From positions 62,001-126,000 of the forward strand of contig DF236988.1 of NCBI GenBank assembly GCA_000708835.1: 64,000 nucleotides of DNA. The letters run 5' to 3'. Shown here piece by piece: positions 1 through 12,090 of this stretch; the stretch's first letter is position 1, and each line of letters opens with the position of its first letter. The notes under the pieces are model-generated. The model had not been told where the DNA came from. It saw only the letters and a list, made by a program, of their open reading frames with translations, and searched no databases. The position numbers were made by a program, and so were the translations under genes. Source of the DNA: Klebsormidium nitens (taxonomy: Eukaryota; Plantae; Klebsormidiophyceae).

Positions 1-194
1 GTTGCATGTCAGACTGGAAGATTCGAAGTGAAAGGGACAGCGAGAATTTGCAGAATGTGGACGGGGGCACTCAAAATCTTTCGCCATATGTGGGCCCACG
101 TAGGCTTACTAGAAACCCCCCGTCAAGAAAACATGCACCAGAACATTTTCCCGGCCCACCACTCCGTTCCGCTGTCGCCCGTTCCGCTACTCAC

Positions 195-3100
195 CCGTTC
201 CGCTGTCCGCCGCCTCCATGCAGCGCATTGTCCTGTTGAGCGACTGGCGAATCGCCGCGCACAGCTTTGGGCTGAGCGTCACCATCAGCTGCCGCAGGCG
301 CGGCGGATCGGCGCCGCCCTCGACGGTCGCGGCCGCGCCCGCGTCGGGCTTTGGAGGGTTTGGCACGGCGCTGGGGGCCGCGGCGAGGGCCGCCTTGAAG
401 CGCTGCTCTTTTTGAAGGAGGCGGGTAGTGATGACTGTCGTCTTGCCAGTGCCGGAGCGCCCGAGTATGAAGACGCTTTTCGGGTACCTGGAGCCGTAAA
501 ACATAATTCCGCGAAAATGCCGTTCATGAAGTCGCCCGTCTCTCAGGCGGGTAGAAACATGTTCTGTGGAGGTTTTCTTAATCCGATTAAGCGCGAAGAT
601 ATATGACCCCTGATCAGCATGGTTGCGAGCAGACTTCCAGACTATCGAGAAAGTGCCCAGATCCCTGGGTAGGAGCTGCCACCAGTATGGAAATAACGAA
701 GACGACTTTTTAAAGAACTCGTACTCCACTCGATTTTACTGGCACTCATAAAGGGTTCTCCAAGAATTCAAGCACGGAAGAAATTTTCCGCCCAGACTTA
801 AGTAGACACGGAGGCGGTTCTCAAGCTTGCAAGCAATCAGAAGTGCATACATGACAGCCCTGCTTGACATTGGCAATGCGCTGAGATCCGGACCGACTTG
901 CGACAGCCCACTTCGAGCCAGAGGGGCTACAATGGTAACCAGAAGCAATCAAACTACATTCCAATTAGGTACAGTAAAAGGGCAGATAATGGTTGAGTGG
1001 GCGCTCACTGCACGATGGCCGCCTCCTGCTCGCTGACCTCGAACGGCAGCTCCAGCTCGCTGCCGTCAGCTGCCGTCATCAGCACGTGGGCTGCCCCGGG
1101 CGACATCTCGTAGAACTTGAGGAGCAGCAGGCTCTCATCCACAGCCGCTTCCTCCAGCCCCGCGGCGGCCGCTTCGCCTGCAAAGTTTCAGGATTTCAGG
1201 CTTTGGGATTAGGATTCTTTGAAAGTTGGGCTGTTGTCTGATTTGGCGTCTACTGTCTTTTCACAGCCTGTTGCTATTCTCTGCCAGGAAACGAGCAACG
1301 CGTAAGGATTGGGACGGCAGGCAAAGATTGGGACGCCACGCCCAGAGAGTTCGGGCGTCACGGGCCTTCGGACGTCGAAAGTGTGTTGTCAGCCGCAATT
1401 GACTGCTTGGAGTGACTGACTGGCTATCGAGACAGTCGTGGAGAACGCCTCTGAAACGGCTCAAATTCCAAAAGCGGGTCGGACCTTGGTTTCGGAATTT
1501 GAAAACTTCTGAACACTCCCGTCCGAATCAGAGATTCAACCGAGCCCTTGCCAGCATGGCTCTCTAATTTTGCGAGGAAAGGATTTTGCGGACGTACTTC
1601 GTACTCATGTTAGAAACTTCGACAAGCGTACCGGCAGCTCGCACACCAGATTGTTCAATAAAAATGTTTGATACCTACTTCTTATTCACTGCCATATCCT
1701 GGGAGCCATGGACAGTGGGGAAGATCCATGACTCTGAACTGCTGAACACAAACCGCCAGCGGAGTCGTTTGAAAGACAAGCGGACCACAGAACGTTCAAA
1801 ACAAGATCATGGTGAATTTGAGGACAAAGAAATGATTTTCTTGACGACAGTGCGGAGGACGAATGAGATGAACGTAAAAGACGCACATCACCCCCGAAAT
1901 TCTTACCAGAATGCTCGAGGGCCTCCTCCGAGACTTCGACGGCCCGGTCCTTTTTGAACCACACGAACCGGTCGTCTCTATCCCAAGTGAGCGGCAGCAC
2001 GAGACCGTTCTTGTCCGGTGACCGTTTCGCCCGGCAGCGGTGCAAATAGCCGGGGGAGTAGGTTCGATAGCTGGATTCCAGGCGTCGGATGAAAGCCAGG
2101 CGCTGGCTGCTCAAGACCAGGTGCCACGCGCGAAGGACCTGGCGGTGAAAAGGAGAGGACTTTTGTGCGGATGTAAGTTTTTCTCATGAAGTCCTGATTC
2201 CCCGAGAAACGGAGCGATGCTTTTGGAAGAGATGATCGCCCTTTGAATTCAAACGGTGAGAAGCGAGAACGTGGTGTGGATAAGGAGGGTCTCATAACGG
2301 ACTATGTCTAGCGGCTGACCCCTCAAGAAACCCCGCGAAAGGAAGACTCGCTAATAAGGGACAGACCATACAGATCGCCGGTTGAAGCCGGCAACAACCG
2401 GGTATTCTCTACAAGTAGACTTTCTCAATCATCGAGATAATGTTCCAGCGAAATTGAATGCAAGCATGCATCTTTGGCGTGAGTGATGATGCGTAGAAAG
2501 CACCAGCAAGAGAACATCATGCCCGGTTCATCAAGGCCCCACCGCCACAAAGATGAAAGGAAATGTCAGTGCTCTCAGTTCAAACACAAATGTGCGCTTT
2601 TGAAAAGCGGAAACTATCTGCACTGATCCGAAGTGCCCAAATGAGTGCCTTTGAGAATGTCCCCCTCCCTCAAGCAAGAGCACGCCTTTGTCTCGAAAGT
2701 TCGAAGGTCTTGGCCGGAGCTTTGAATTAAGCTGCTCTGACACCCTGATCCCAACAGCAGTTTGCGGCGACATACCTGCGTGTGGACCTGCGTGTTGGTC
2801 GCCCGGTCGACGTCCACCGTCCAGATGAGGCTGTAGTTGTACACTGGCAGCAGGTGGATCAGGTCCCGGAAGTCTTCCCCGGCGTCCGCGTCTCCGGACG
2901 CGAACTTCGGACGCTTCCCCTGCGCGAGCGACTGCAGCTGGAAGAGGACCTTGAGCCGAGCCTCGCGCGACTTGATGCCCACCAGCGCGTCGCGCAGCTC
3001 CTTGGAGAAGACTATCTGCACGCGAACGGGCAAAGATTGAACGGGTCAGTGGTGATCTGCTGACGTCACGGCAACGCGGCCGATGACGTGTGGACCAGAC

Positions 3101-6100
3101 CACCGCGCCCGAGCGCATGTTGCAGCTTTGGGACGACGCCTATCCCAAATGCAACACTGCCAGCTAGAAGTGGCGGATGCAAAAAGCATTGCAGTGCCAA
3201 GCGTCTGCGGCTTTTCAGGATCTTTAAGGGCTTCCGTCATTCGGGTTCCAGGATTGTACACAACTTTTTGGGTCGCGTTGAAGAGAGATAACCTCAGAGA
3301 GAAGATGATATGAGCATAATAATTGGAGACAGAGATTGAAATACCAGAACTCTCCCTGCATAGAATCTCAAAGCGACCACAAGAAGTGCAGAACCTCAAT
3401 CCGTGTACGCAGAAACAAAAGGGACGCCCGGTTTGGGCGACCTCACCTTCCAGGGGAGACCTTCGAACATGCTCGAGTTCGACGTCAGGATGTTGTTCCA
3501 GTCCTCGTAAGCCGCTAACCTGTTCTTAACCACCTTCTGCATCGACTTGTGCGACCCTGCTTGGATCCTAGCCCCTCGCGTAACCGCGTCCTCAACCAGG
3601 CTCTTCCAAACGGGATCGCGCGCCTGCAGAGTCTGCGCGTCCCCGACGATCCAAAGCGCAAACTTGGCGCGGGTTAGCGCCACGTTTAACCGGCGCTCAT
3701 CCCCGAGAAACCCGATAACACCCGCCCGGTTAGCCCTAACTGCCGAGAAGATGATGACGTCCTTCTCCCGCCCCTGAAACCCGTCCACCGACCGGACCTC
3801 TACCGTCAAGCCGGGGCCCGACTGGCTGCCACGTGTCACCGCAGGAACGTGCCCCGCGAGCAGCTCCACCTGGCGCTTGTAGGGCGTGATGACGCCGACG
3901 TCAGCCGACACCCCGGCGGCCTCGCATGCTGACCTCAGCTTTCTGAGCAGATGTAGAACCAGGTCCGCTTCCATGCGGTTGCACTTACTCGCCCCCCCTG
4001 GGTCTTTCTCTTCCCTCCCTTCCGCCGCGTCGATGAACGCATACGGGCCCAGCAGCCTGCTGACGTAAGCTTGATTGTACCTGCCCTCCGTGACGTTGCG
4101 CCCGTCTTGAACCTGCTCCCCGTAGAAGGCCCCGAGCGGCCACCGGCTGATCTCCGGATGCATTCTGTACTGAGTGTTCAGCAGTACGCTGCGGTGCCCG
4201 TTTTCCTTCAATCGCTCGAAGAGACTCCGGTCGTATCGGTGCTCCTTCGCGAGGCGACTCGTCACAGTCGCGGGCAGCTGCAGGTGGTCGCCCACCAGCA
4301 CCAGCAGCTTGAGCCCCGGCCAACCGGTGAGAATGATTGCCGTTTCCGCTTCCACCAGTTGCGCCGCCTCGTCGATAAGCGCGAGATCAAATCTGCCCGC
4401 CGATCTCATTTCGCTCCGGCCCGCACACGAGACTGTGCAAAATACGAGCGCCGCGTTTTGCAGGCAAGAGGTCTCCAGCTGGGCAGCCGACGGGCCGATG
4501 TTAATCGGCACCCGAAGCGCGCTGGGCCGCATGGAAATCCCCAAAATCCTGTCCACCGCGGCGCTGACGCGTCGCGCGTCGCTTTCCAAGCTTTCATCCT
4601 TTGGACGCGGATTCGCAGTAAAGTAGAGCTCGAGCGCCTTCGACGCTTGAGGCAGCGCGCCGACGGCATTTCTCAGGGTTTGGAGGTTTTGGAGAAGCTC
4701 GCGCGCGCTGTCGCGGAAGGACGCCAGGCCGGGGGAAGCGCTCGGGAGGTCGTTGCACAGAGGCGCTGCGTTCTCCTCCAAGTCTTGATGTACCATCTGA
4801 AAGAAGAGACGGGGTAAAACAGGTGTACACTGGCCAGAACCCGGCCAAAAGATGAGCTGCGGCATCTAAGCAGCCATTGGAACGGATCTGATGAGGGATT
4901 CGTCGTTTCCAGACGCGTTCATCTTACCCGGTGAAGACAAGAGAACACCAAAAACTGAAAGAGAAACGCCCTTACACAGCTGCGCTGAGTATTTTACCAT
5001 CTGAACATCAAATGTATAGAGGGGAATCGCAATGTCGAGTTTTGCAGGTTCAAATCGAGGGCTTGCTTCAAGATTTCAAGCAGCTAGTGTCGCTCGACCG
5101 ATTCAAAACGTTTCAAGTTTGCTTGTGGACAGTCCGATCGGCTCGAGAGAAGCATGAAGGCAGACTGCGATCAATCATCAGGCTGGTCCAGGTGCCCTTT
5201 TAATTCTCATCTCCTTCCACGCACTTTAAATGAATTATCATAAGACAAACGGGATCACAAGGTTTCCGGCCAGCACCTGAAGTTGTTTGATGCAAAACCC
5301 CTGGAGGCTTATTGGTTGGTCGGCCTTCCGAGCACTTTCGCCGCCTTCCGTTGCCTGCCGGTACTGCTCGTCTGCCGATCGGAGGAACTCAGTCAGAGAA
5401 TGCACCCTAGCCACCCACCCAGCTACCGGAGACAGGGCCCCCGCCAATCGTTTGGCCCTTGCCGGAAGGTAAACCTCATTTAGTGGCCCGTCCGTCACGT
5501 CGAGACTGTCCTTGTTCCCGATCAGAGCGATATCCCCGGCGCCAAACCCCTTAAACCCTGTGGGCAGCGCGCGCGCTCCGTCGGCCCTCAGCTCGCGCAG
5601 CAGCCGGAGGACGACCTCCGAGACCGCCACGTTGGTGGGCGCGCTCACGAGCGCGCGCGCGCCCAGCCCTGCGAACGCGCGCAGCATGGCGACTACCGTG
5701 CTGGTCTTGCCGGTACCCGGGGGCCCTTGCACGAGATTTACCGACGCGAGTCCGGGCGCTTGCCAGGCCGAGACAACGTCCAGAACGGCGTCCCTCTGCG
5801 AGGGGTTCAACTTTGCTCCCTCGCAAAGATTGCGTAACGCGCTCTTGAGTTCGGCCAGACCTCGTTGCATCTGCCCCTCTCCGGTAGGCGACTCCGCCTT
5901 TCCAGCGCCCCGGTTTATTCCGCCTTCCGACCGCCCGGTAGTCGGCTGCTGGGCGCCCAGGACTTGTGACGTCAGCCCGAATCCGGCTCTCGGTGCAGAT
6001 CCGTCCACCCCACTATGCAGCGCCCTCCAGATCCGCAAGCTGGTCGCAAGCGGCGCGAGGCACGTGGCGTGCCAGCGGCCGTCCCGGTTGGCCGGATCGC

Positions 6101-8611
6101 AGAGCGCCTCAGATTCCCGACTGCCGTCCGGCAGGTAGACCGTGGCTTCTTGGTAGGCGCAGTCGCCCGGGCTGTCGTCACGATCGCCGCGCAGGACGCC
6201 CAGAGTGTATAGGACGCCTGGTGATGCGGATCGATGCTTTCAGTCTAAGGAGTCTGTACGATTCGTAATTCTGGGGTAACCTGTACTTGAGGAATAAGCT
6301 GAAAAAGGGGGATGTCCCGAGCGTCGGTAAGATGTGATGTTCTTTATTGCACCTCACGAGGATGTCATTTGAAATACACAAGCAAGGCTTTGGATGAAAC
6401 TCCCTCTGGATGCAGACGCTTCTGTTCTCGTGCCGCAGATGAGGTGGTCTCCCAAGAAGAGTGGTGCTCAATTCATGTTATTCTGGGCATTTTGATGAAC
6501 CATCAAGCGGACGAACCTTGAAAAAGGTCAAGGATTGTCCGAAGGTCGAAGCAAAGGAAGATCTTCGGCAAAGGAAGATTCACTTCATTGTTTTTAGATT
6601 GACCTGGTCAAACTCTACGACTTACTGGGCGATTGGCCGTTTGAACGTTCCAAGTTTTCGATTCTTTGCAGCGGCTTCGATTTTTGAGCTTATGCACAGA
6701 ATTCCCCTGAATAGTGTCACGAGAGCAACTGCGTAAGGAGTTTGGGGTTCCGCTCACCTTCTCTTTGCAGATCTTCCTGTCGTTCCGGCTTCAGGTTCGA
6801 AAGTAGTATCACGTCCGTGGGCTTGAACGCCTTCTCCCCCCCGGAAGTCTGTCCGACTCCCTCAAACTCGAATCTGACAGTTCTCAGCGGGGGTTGCAAA
6901 GAGCCTGGGCCGCGGCCATCGCCGACCCCCCGAAGTTGAATCCTTCGGCACACCTTTGCGTCCAGCTCAGAGAGGGCCTGCTGCAGCTGGCCACGTGTCT
7001 CCTCGATGAGGAGCCACGCGAATGCGGCAAAGTAGGCGGGCGGGGAGTCGAAAGCATTGGGGATGGTCCGAAGCTGTAAGCAAAGATAGACAGATAAACG
7101 ACCGGATCAGTCAGACTCGATTCAAAGAGGACAGCAAGCCGCACGGAGGAAGCGGGTTTAATGAACCGGCGCACAGTTACGCAATCTGAGGTTGTTCGCA
7201 ACCTTTTGTGCGAATGAAAAGACCCATTGTTTGCTCGGTACATTCAGGGCAGAGAATCTTGGCAGTCCCTCGTGGAAGATACGCCTTATGGCTGCGAACG
7301 TTCTTCGGAGGGAGGTTATTCTGTTATGCCCGCCGATCCCGCTAAAGATATAAATTTCTCGCAGAGGAGAACGTCGTCCTGAGAAGATCATTCGATCTGT
7401 ATTGTTGTCGGAGAGAAGCGGACCCATAAGGACTTAACACGGCAAACGCATCCGCCAGCACTCTTTAATGGCGTATGCGGTTCCTGTTTTCTGTTTCTCT
7501 TTCCCTTTCACTTTCTGCACCAACTCAGAGCCACAATCTCAGCGCTTTCTCAGGGAAGTATCTGGGCACAGACCAAGTCTAAACATGCATGGCACAGGCC
7601 ATGTCTCCCTCTTTCTGAGGTGCTCTCAAATCACTATAATACCAATCAGGGAACTTCCCGCGTCACTGGAAAGGATGTGACTTATGCAAAGACAAGCCAC
7701 CCAAGCGCTTCGTTAATGGCAACCCCTATATATAGGCTGATCAAAACGCACACAGCATGAGATTTGAACCCTGATCTTTTTCCCGACCAACAGTACCTGG
7801 TGTTCCAGCCACTAGTCCAGCACGGACGCCCTCAAACAACTCTCGCAAAACGGATTCCTTCATGGCCAACGCTCTTATACGTCCACGGTCTCACGGAGAC
7901 ATGGCCTAATGAAAAGTTCAACCCACCTTATCAGCGTGCAAACTCTCATCCAGGATGTCTTCCATCGACCACTTCAGCACGTGCCCCTCCAACGGTCCAT
8001 GGGGTAGCTCCACATTCCGCTTCTCTGCTGATCTCACTTCCACCGCCAACCCATCTCTATGGTCGTCCGCTTCTCGAACAGCTCCTTATGGTCATTCACG
8101 ACCTGCACCGAAATTGGGCGCCCCAGCTGCTTCAAAACCCACAGCCGCCGATTGTCCAGGCTCCACCACTTGTCCTCGTGGCGCACCACTCTGATGGGGG
8201 GCAGATCGGCCACCTTCATCACCCCCCCGCGAAGGAGCTCGAGGACTTCCGTCAGTGGCTGCCCTCTGCTCGCTCTGGCAGCATTGGCATAGGAACGAGC
8301 GGCCCCCCCAACACTGCTGCTAAACCTTTCTGCAGCGTTACGTGCCTCAGCGTTACGTGCCTCTCCAACTGTAGTTCTCTCTGTATCTGACGCAACTGGT
8401 GCGCTCTGCTGCGCGAGCCTGCTGGCGGTGGCTCCCTTGCTGAATACTGGCTCGATCGAGTTCTTTGTGAAGCGGATATCAGCAGGATCTAGCACTACAG
8501 TGCCTTCAGAAACGGGCAGAGGGTGAGTCAACAGGGGTCCCATTCTGGCGGTCCAAAACCTTGCCGCAGACTTTGCGCCACAGGTATGAGCGATTGCGCG
8601 ATCTCTGCCCC
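195..8611 (-). CDS. Multi-exon plant-type double helicase: DUF6469-like region + Upf1/Sen1-type SF1 helicase (AAA_11/AAA_12) + UvrD/TRANK1-like P-loop domain, probably with an N-terminal ParB-like domain. Runs off the left edge; 5' end uncertain.
   Basis: Exons on the minus strand with GT-AG junctions in matching phase: ~8611-7927, 7073-6758, 6217-5277, 4796-3447, 3015-2776, 2138-1907, 1177-1009, 487-195. Motifs: VLKWSMEDILDESLHADK|LRTIPNAFDS, VQGPPGTGKT, LIDEAAQL, LVGDHLQLP, LLNTQYRMHPEI, SVDGFQGREKD, NVALTRAK, LPWK|IVFS, ESLLLLKFY, ELPFEV, ILGRSGTGKTT, LRQLMVTLSPKLC. Two apparent 1-nt frameshifts (~8055 and ~1095-1098). Confidence 0.88.
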
Positions 8612-8618
8612 TGAACAA
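8034..8618 (-). CDS. ParB/Sulfiredoxin-fold domain of the polymorphic-toxin type; probable N-terminal module of the helicase gene
   Basis: LDPADIRFTKNSIEPVF ... LPPIRVVRHEDKWWSLDNRRLWVLK matches the IRF..SI..F / P.I.V / SLDNRRL signature of ParB-like domains as I recall it. Confidence 0.7.
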   Translation of the reverse strand: MFRGRDRAIAHTCGAKSAARFWTARMGPLLTHPLPVSEGTVVLDPADIRFTKNSIEPVFSKGATASRLAQQSAPVASDTERTTVGEARNAEARNAAERFSSSVGGAARSYANAARASRGQPLTEVLELLRGGVMKVADLPPIRVVRHEDKWWSLDNRRLWVLKQLGRPISVQVVNDHKELFEKRTTIEMGWRWK

Positions 8619-10938
8619 AAAGCTGACCCAGAGCGCCTGCTTACATGACTTTGCAGCTATGAGCTTGTAGCGAGATGACGACGGGCCGAATATTGCTGAT
8701 GGTCCGGTATGAAAGCAGCAGAATCCTTCCTTTCTGATCCGAAAGTGATGGCAGTCAGAGCATTTCGATCAGCCCATAATTGCTTCTTTCACGGAAGTTT
8801 CGAGTCCTTTCGAGGCTACCCTTTCGTGGAGAAGGTTCGGCTTGACCTTGCGATCCAGGCGCCCGCCTGTCAACGGCAAAGCTTGGTTAGGCTCTCTAAA
8901 CCGTTGATTGCAATCATGCACAAGGATCATACCTGCGAATAAGGTAGCAAGCTCCGAGAGTCGTGCTTGTGGTCCCCAACTTCAGAGCAGTCTTGAGCGC
9001 GTTCATAAACCAAACCTTTCAATTCCAGTACATTGTCAACCGAGCGTATCCAATACGCCCGAGTGTCCGCGCCGCGCAGCCGCCAATCGCGCGTGCCGCT
9101 CGCGCTCGCGGCCGGCTTAGCGGCCTGCCCACCGCAACACCAGCCCTGCGAAGAAAGCGACCCCGTAAAACCTTGAGGGTCGCACCTGCACGGCCGCAAA
9201 GCTGACGGAACTGCTCAATATGCATTTGATCACACTATTTTAATGAGATTAAACGTCAGAGAACAGCGTTACATTGACCATAGCTCCCAAGCTAGTCCTA
9301 AGGCATCATCATTATCCAAGGCAGAACTAGTAGCTGCCCGTACTGAACTCTCAGTGTTGAAGGTTGAATTCTAAGTAGTCGACGCGCCCCTCTATAGATA
9401 GCCTGGCCAATTGCTACGCTGCCTCGCACTGTTCTGAACACTTCAGGCGTTCAAAGCTTCGTTATCTAAAGCTTTCGTTTATCCCAAGGCGGTGTGGGCG
9501 CCGCCCAAGAAGTACTCTAAGGGATAGAAGGAAGTTTAGAGCAGCAACACAGAAACGAGCATATCATTTCGGCGCTTCGAAGAGACGTATATCCTTACCA
9601 TGTTCGAAGCTTAGACATGTGGTCGAACAACAAGATATCTAGAGTTTACATTACCAAGGAAAATGAGCTGCTTGTCGTTTCTCAAATCTTTTAGCAGGTG
9701 CCGGCGATCCTTGTTTCAGTGAGTCGTTTGAGAGAGCCGCAGATCAATAACACTCGAAGACCCCGCAAGGACTACGTTGGCCGTCTGAAACACTGTTTTT
9801 CCTCCTAGCTAGCTAGCTACGCCTGAAGGAAAACAAGGCTTCATTGCAAGTGAACTCAAGTGCTGCTTGTTCTCTCTTCGAGCGATCGCAGTCGGTTCGA
9901 AGCGCACGGTACGGGTCCCCAGTTGCACGCAACTGCAGCTGATATCTGTTTGACCCACATATATCTCGTCATCTTCTCTTGAAGCAGCATCGGGGAAAGA
10001 GTGCCTTTGGAAGCAGGAAGTGGTTCAATCATTCGGACGGACCGGCAGGCGAGTACCCGGACGTCCCTTAGGTATTGTGCAGGTCCCTAAGACAGAGCAC
10101 CTCAAGTGGTTTACTTAGAGAACGTACGGCCCCATTGGCGGCTACATGTATGATTGATGTCACACGAACAACTACACGTAGAGACTGCAGAAACTCAGCG
10201 CAACATGCACCCGACGAAAGAAGCCGTTGCCGTCAACGTAGACAGTTGAACAGCGGCAACAGTGTGGCAAACGATCACACCCGGTATCAAATTTTTTGAA
10301 ATGCAAGACATGGAGATGGAAGCAGTCTTGTTGAGCGTGTCATATAAGCTCATCCAGTGTACAAGCTCTATGCTTTTTGATCTGCAAGGGCTAAGAGTTG
10401 TGCACGTCATGATAAATGCATCTGATTGCAGCCAAATGCGTATGGAGGCTGTTCCTAACTCGTGTACTATTTGCTGGTTAGCATCCAGTTTGTGTCGATA
10501 CACGTCCCTTCATAAGCACTGCACATAGAAAAACATGACTCCCTAATGAAGGGGAGGGGACATTTGAGAATCAGTAACCGATCCGGAGCAGAGTAGGATG
10601 CTTGGGCTAGCCCCTAGACTCGAGTCTTGATTGCATCACCTTTTGTTCCAGCGTTTAACAAAAAGCTGAAAATAGTACGTCCATTAAAAATTGCCACGGT
10701 GCCAGTGACCCGCTTCGACGGAAGACCATAATCAGGTATAGTTCCAAGCAATGTATACACAGTATTTCAAAGACGCTGCCTCCTACGACCAAGATAGCCT
10801 GACCCACCACACGCTCGATCTTTCGGCTAGTATCTCCAGAATCTAATCTTTGTACGAGCCCATCGAACGACGAACCCGTATCCCCCCCCTCTTGAAATAA
10901 GACTGTGACTTACTGTAAGGTCAGAAACTTCTGTCTAT

Positions 10939-12090
10939 CTACTTGCTGACATCGCCTTCGCCCTTTTCCAGGTCCTCTTCGACAAGAGGAGCTCCCTCGC
11001 CCTTAGTAAGCTGACTCTTGATGAAGCCAACCAATATCACGAGCGCAGACACTAGAAGGATAGTCGACTCCCCAATACTCAAGGCGAGGTAGAGGCAAAA
11101 TGGGCTTGACGTCCACAAGTCTTGCCAAATTGGGTCACCAAAGGGGGTACGTGCTGCATACGGCTCCCCCAGTTGTTCGCAGCTGGTCTTAACTTGGCCC
11201 ACATAGAAATTCAGCTTGTCTGTTTGACACAGCTTCAGACTCGTGACGTTCTTTCCAGCACTGGCACTGGCACTGGCCATGAATTGGTTCAGACCCCGGT
11301 CCGGGTTGGGCAACCCAACCGGTCCCCAAAGAGTGCGCCTATTCTCCTGGACCGAGCACCTGATTGCTCGAGGCGTCGCATATGCCGCCAACAGACTACC
11401 CAAAATGAAGGCAATGAGGATTCCCTTCCTAGCCATGGATGCATAAGAATCCTCTTCCTGTCCAGTAGCAACGTGTGGACTCTTTCCTTCCACTTCTGAG
11501 AGGCATGCCTCTGCCTCATCTAATGCATCTTGGCTGTGACTTCTTGGACTAGAGGAACTCTTCACTCCAAGCTCTACTGACTGCCTTTGTGAGTCTCTAA
11601 CGTCAGATTCAGGATCAGGTCTTTCAGTGCATACAAGCAAGATGAATCCCAGCACGATGACTACAACAGAATTCCAGACGGTCAAGCTCACAAATGCACG
11701 TATGGCCGGCCACTTATTATCCCAGAGTGCCATGCTCTGGTGATGCGTGATGTAGATTCTGGGAGGGGGTGCCTCACAGATGGCATTGCTGGGGGTTTGC
11801 ACCTGGTAGAAGTCATAGCGTGGACCGTTTGCCGTGAACGACTGGCACTTGATCACCTGGAGAGGTGCTTGGGTTTGTTCAACGAGCACCGGGTTTGTCC
11901 AGTTTGCGCACTGAGTCGAAAGCAGAAACTCATTGACCAGGGACGGCTCGGGGAGGGACAGGAATTTCTCACTGGCTCCATAGACAGGTGGGTTGAAACT
12001 GAGGAGGAGGAGCCACATGCACAGCGTGGCTGCTAATGCAGATTGTCCGGTTCTTGCAGCCATCTTTGAGCGTTCTTTGCACGACGTCAA
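10939..12090 (-). CDS. Intronless orphan membrane protein (signal peptide, about 3 TM segments, Cys-containing loops)
   Basis: 383-aa uninterrupted ORF. Hydrophobic N-terminus (ALAATLCMWLLLLSF) and hydrophobic segments SVVVIVLGFILLVC, GILIAFILGSLLAAYA and TILLVSALVILVGFI. No family recognised. Confidence 0.65.
   Translation of the reverse strand: MTSCKERSKMAARTGQSALAATLCMWLLLLSFNPPVYGASEKFLSLPEPSLVNEFLLSTQCANWTNPVLVEQTQAPLQVIKCQSFTANGPRYDFYQVQTPSNAICEAPPPRIYITHHQSMALWDNKWPAIRAFVSLTVWNSVVVIVLGFILLVCTERPDPESDVRDSQRQSVELGVKSSSSPRSHSQDALDEAEACLSEVEGKSPHVATGQEEDSYASMARKGILIAFILGSLLAAYATPRAIRCSVQENRRTLWGPVGLPNPDRGLNQFMASASASAGKNVTSLKLCQTDKLNFYVGQVKTSCEQLGEPYAARTPFGDPIWQDLWTSSPFCLYLALSIGESTILLVSALVILVGFIKSQLTKGEGAPLVEEDLEKGEGDVSK

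Noticed and set aside
160-205. ccgttccgct repeated three times across a helicase donor site
   Set aside because: Short local duplication; only one copy carries a GT donor, so no evidence of function.
28-606. 192-aa plus-strand ORF and other long ORFs antisense to helicase exons (e.g. 4071-4817, 5512-6138)
   Set aside because: Shadow ORFs of GC-rich coding exons on the opposite strand; no independent motifs.
8932-9150. Candidate upstream exon of the ParB-helicase (..SLLPYSQ|gtatga)
   Set aside because: The phase-0 donor does not match the phase-2 acceptor at 8611; it cannot be joined without an unidentified exon.
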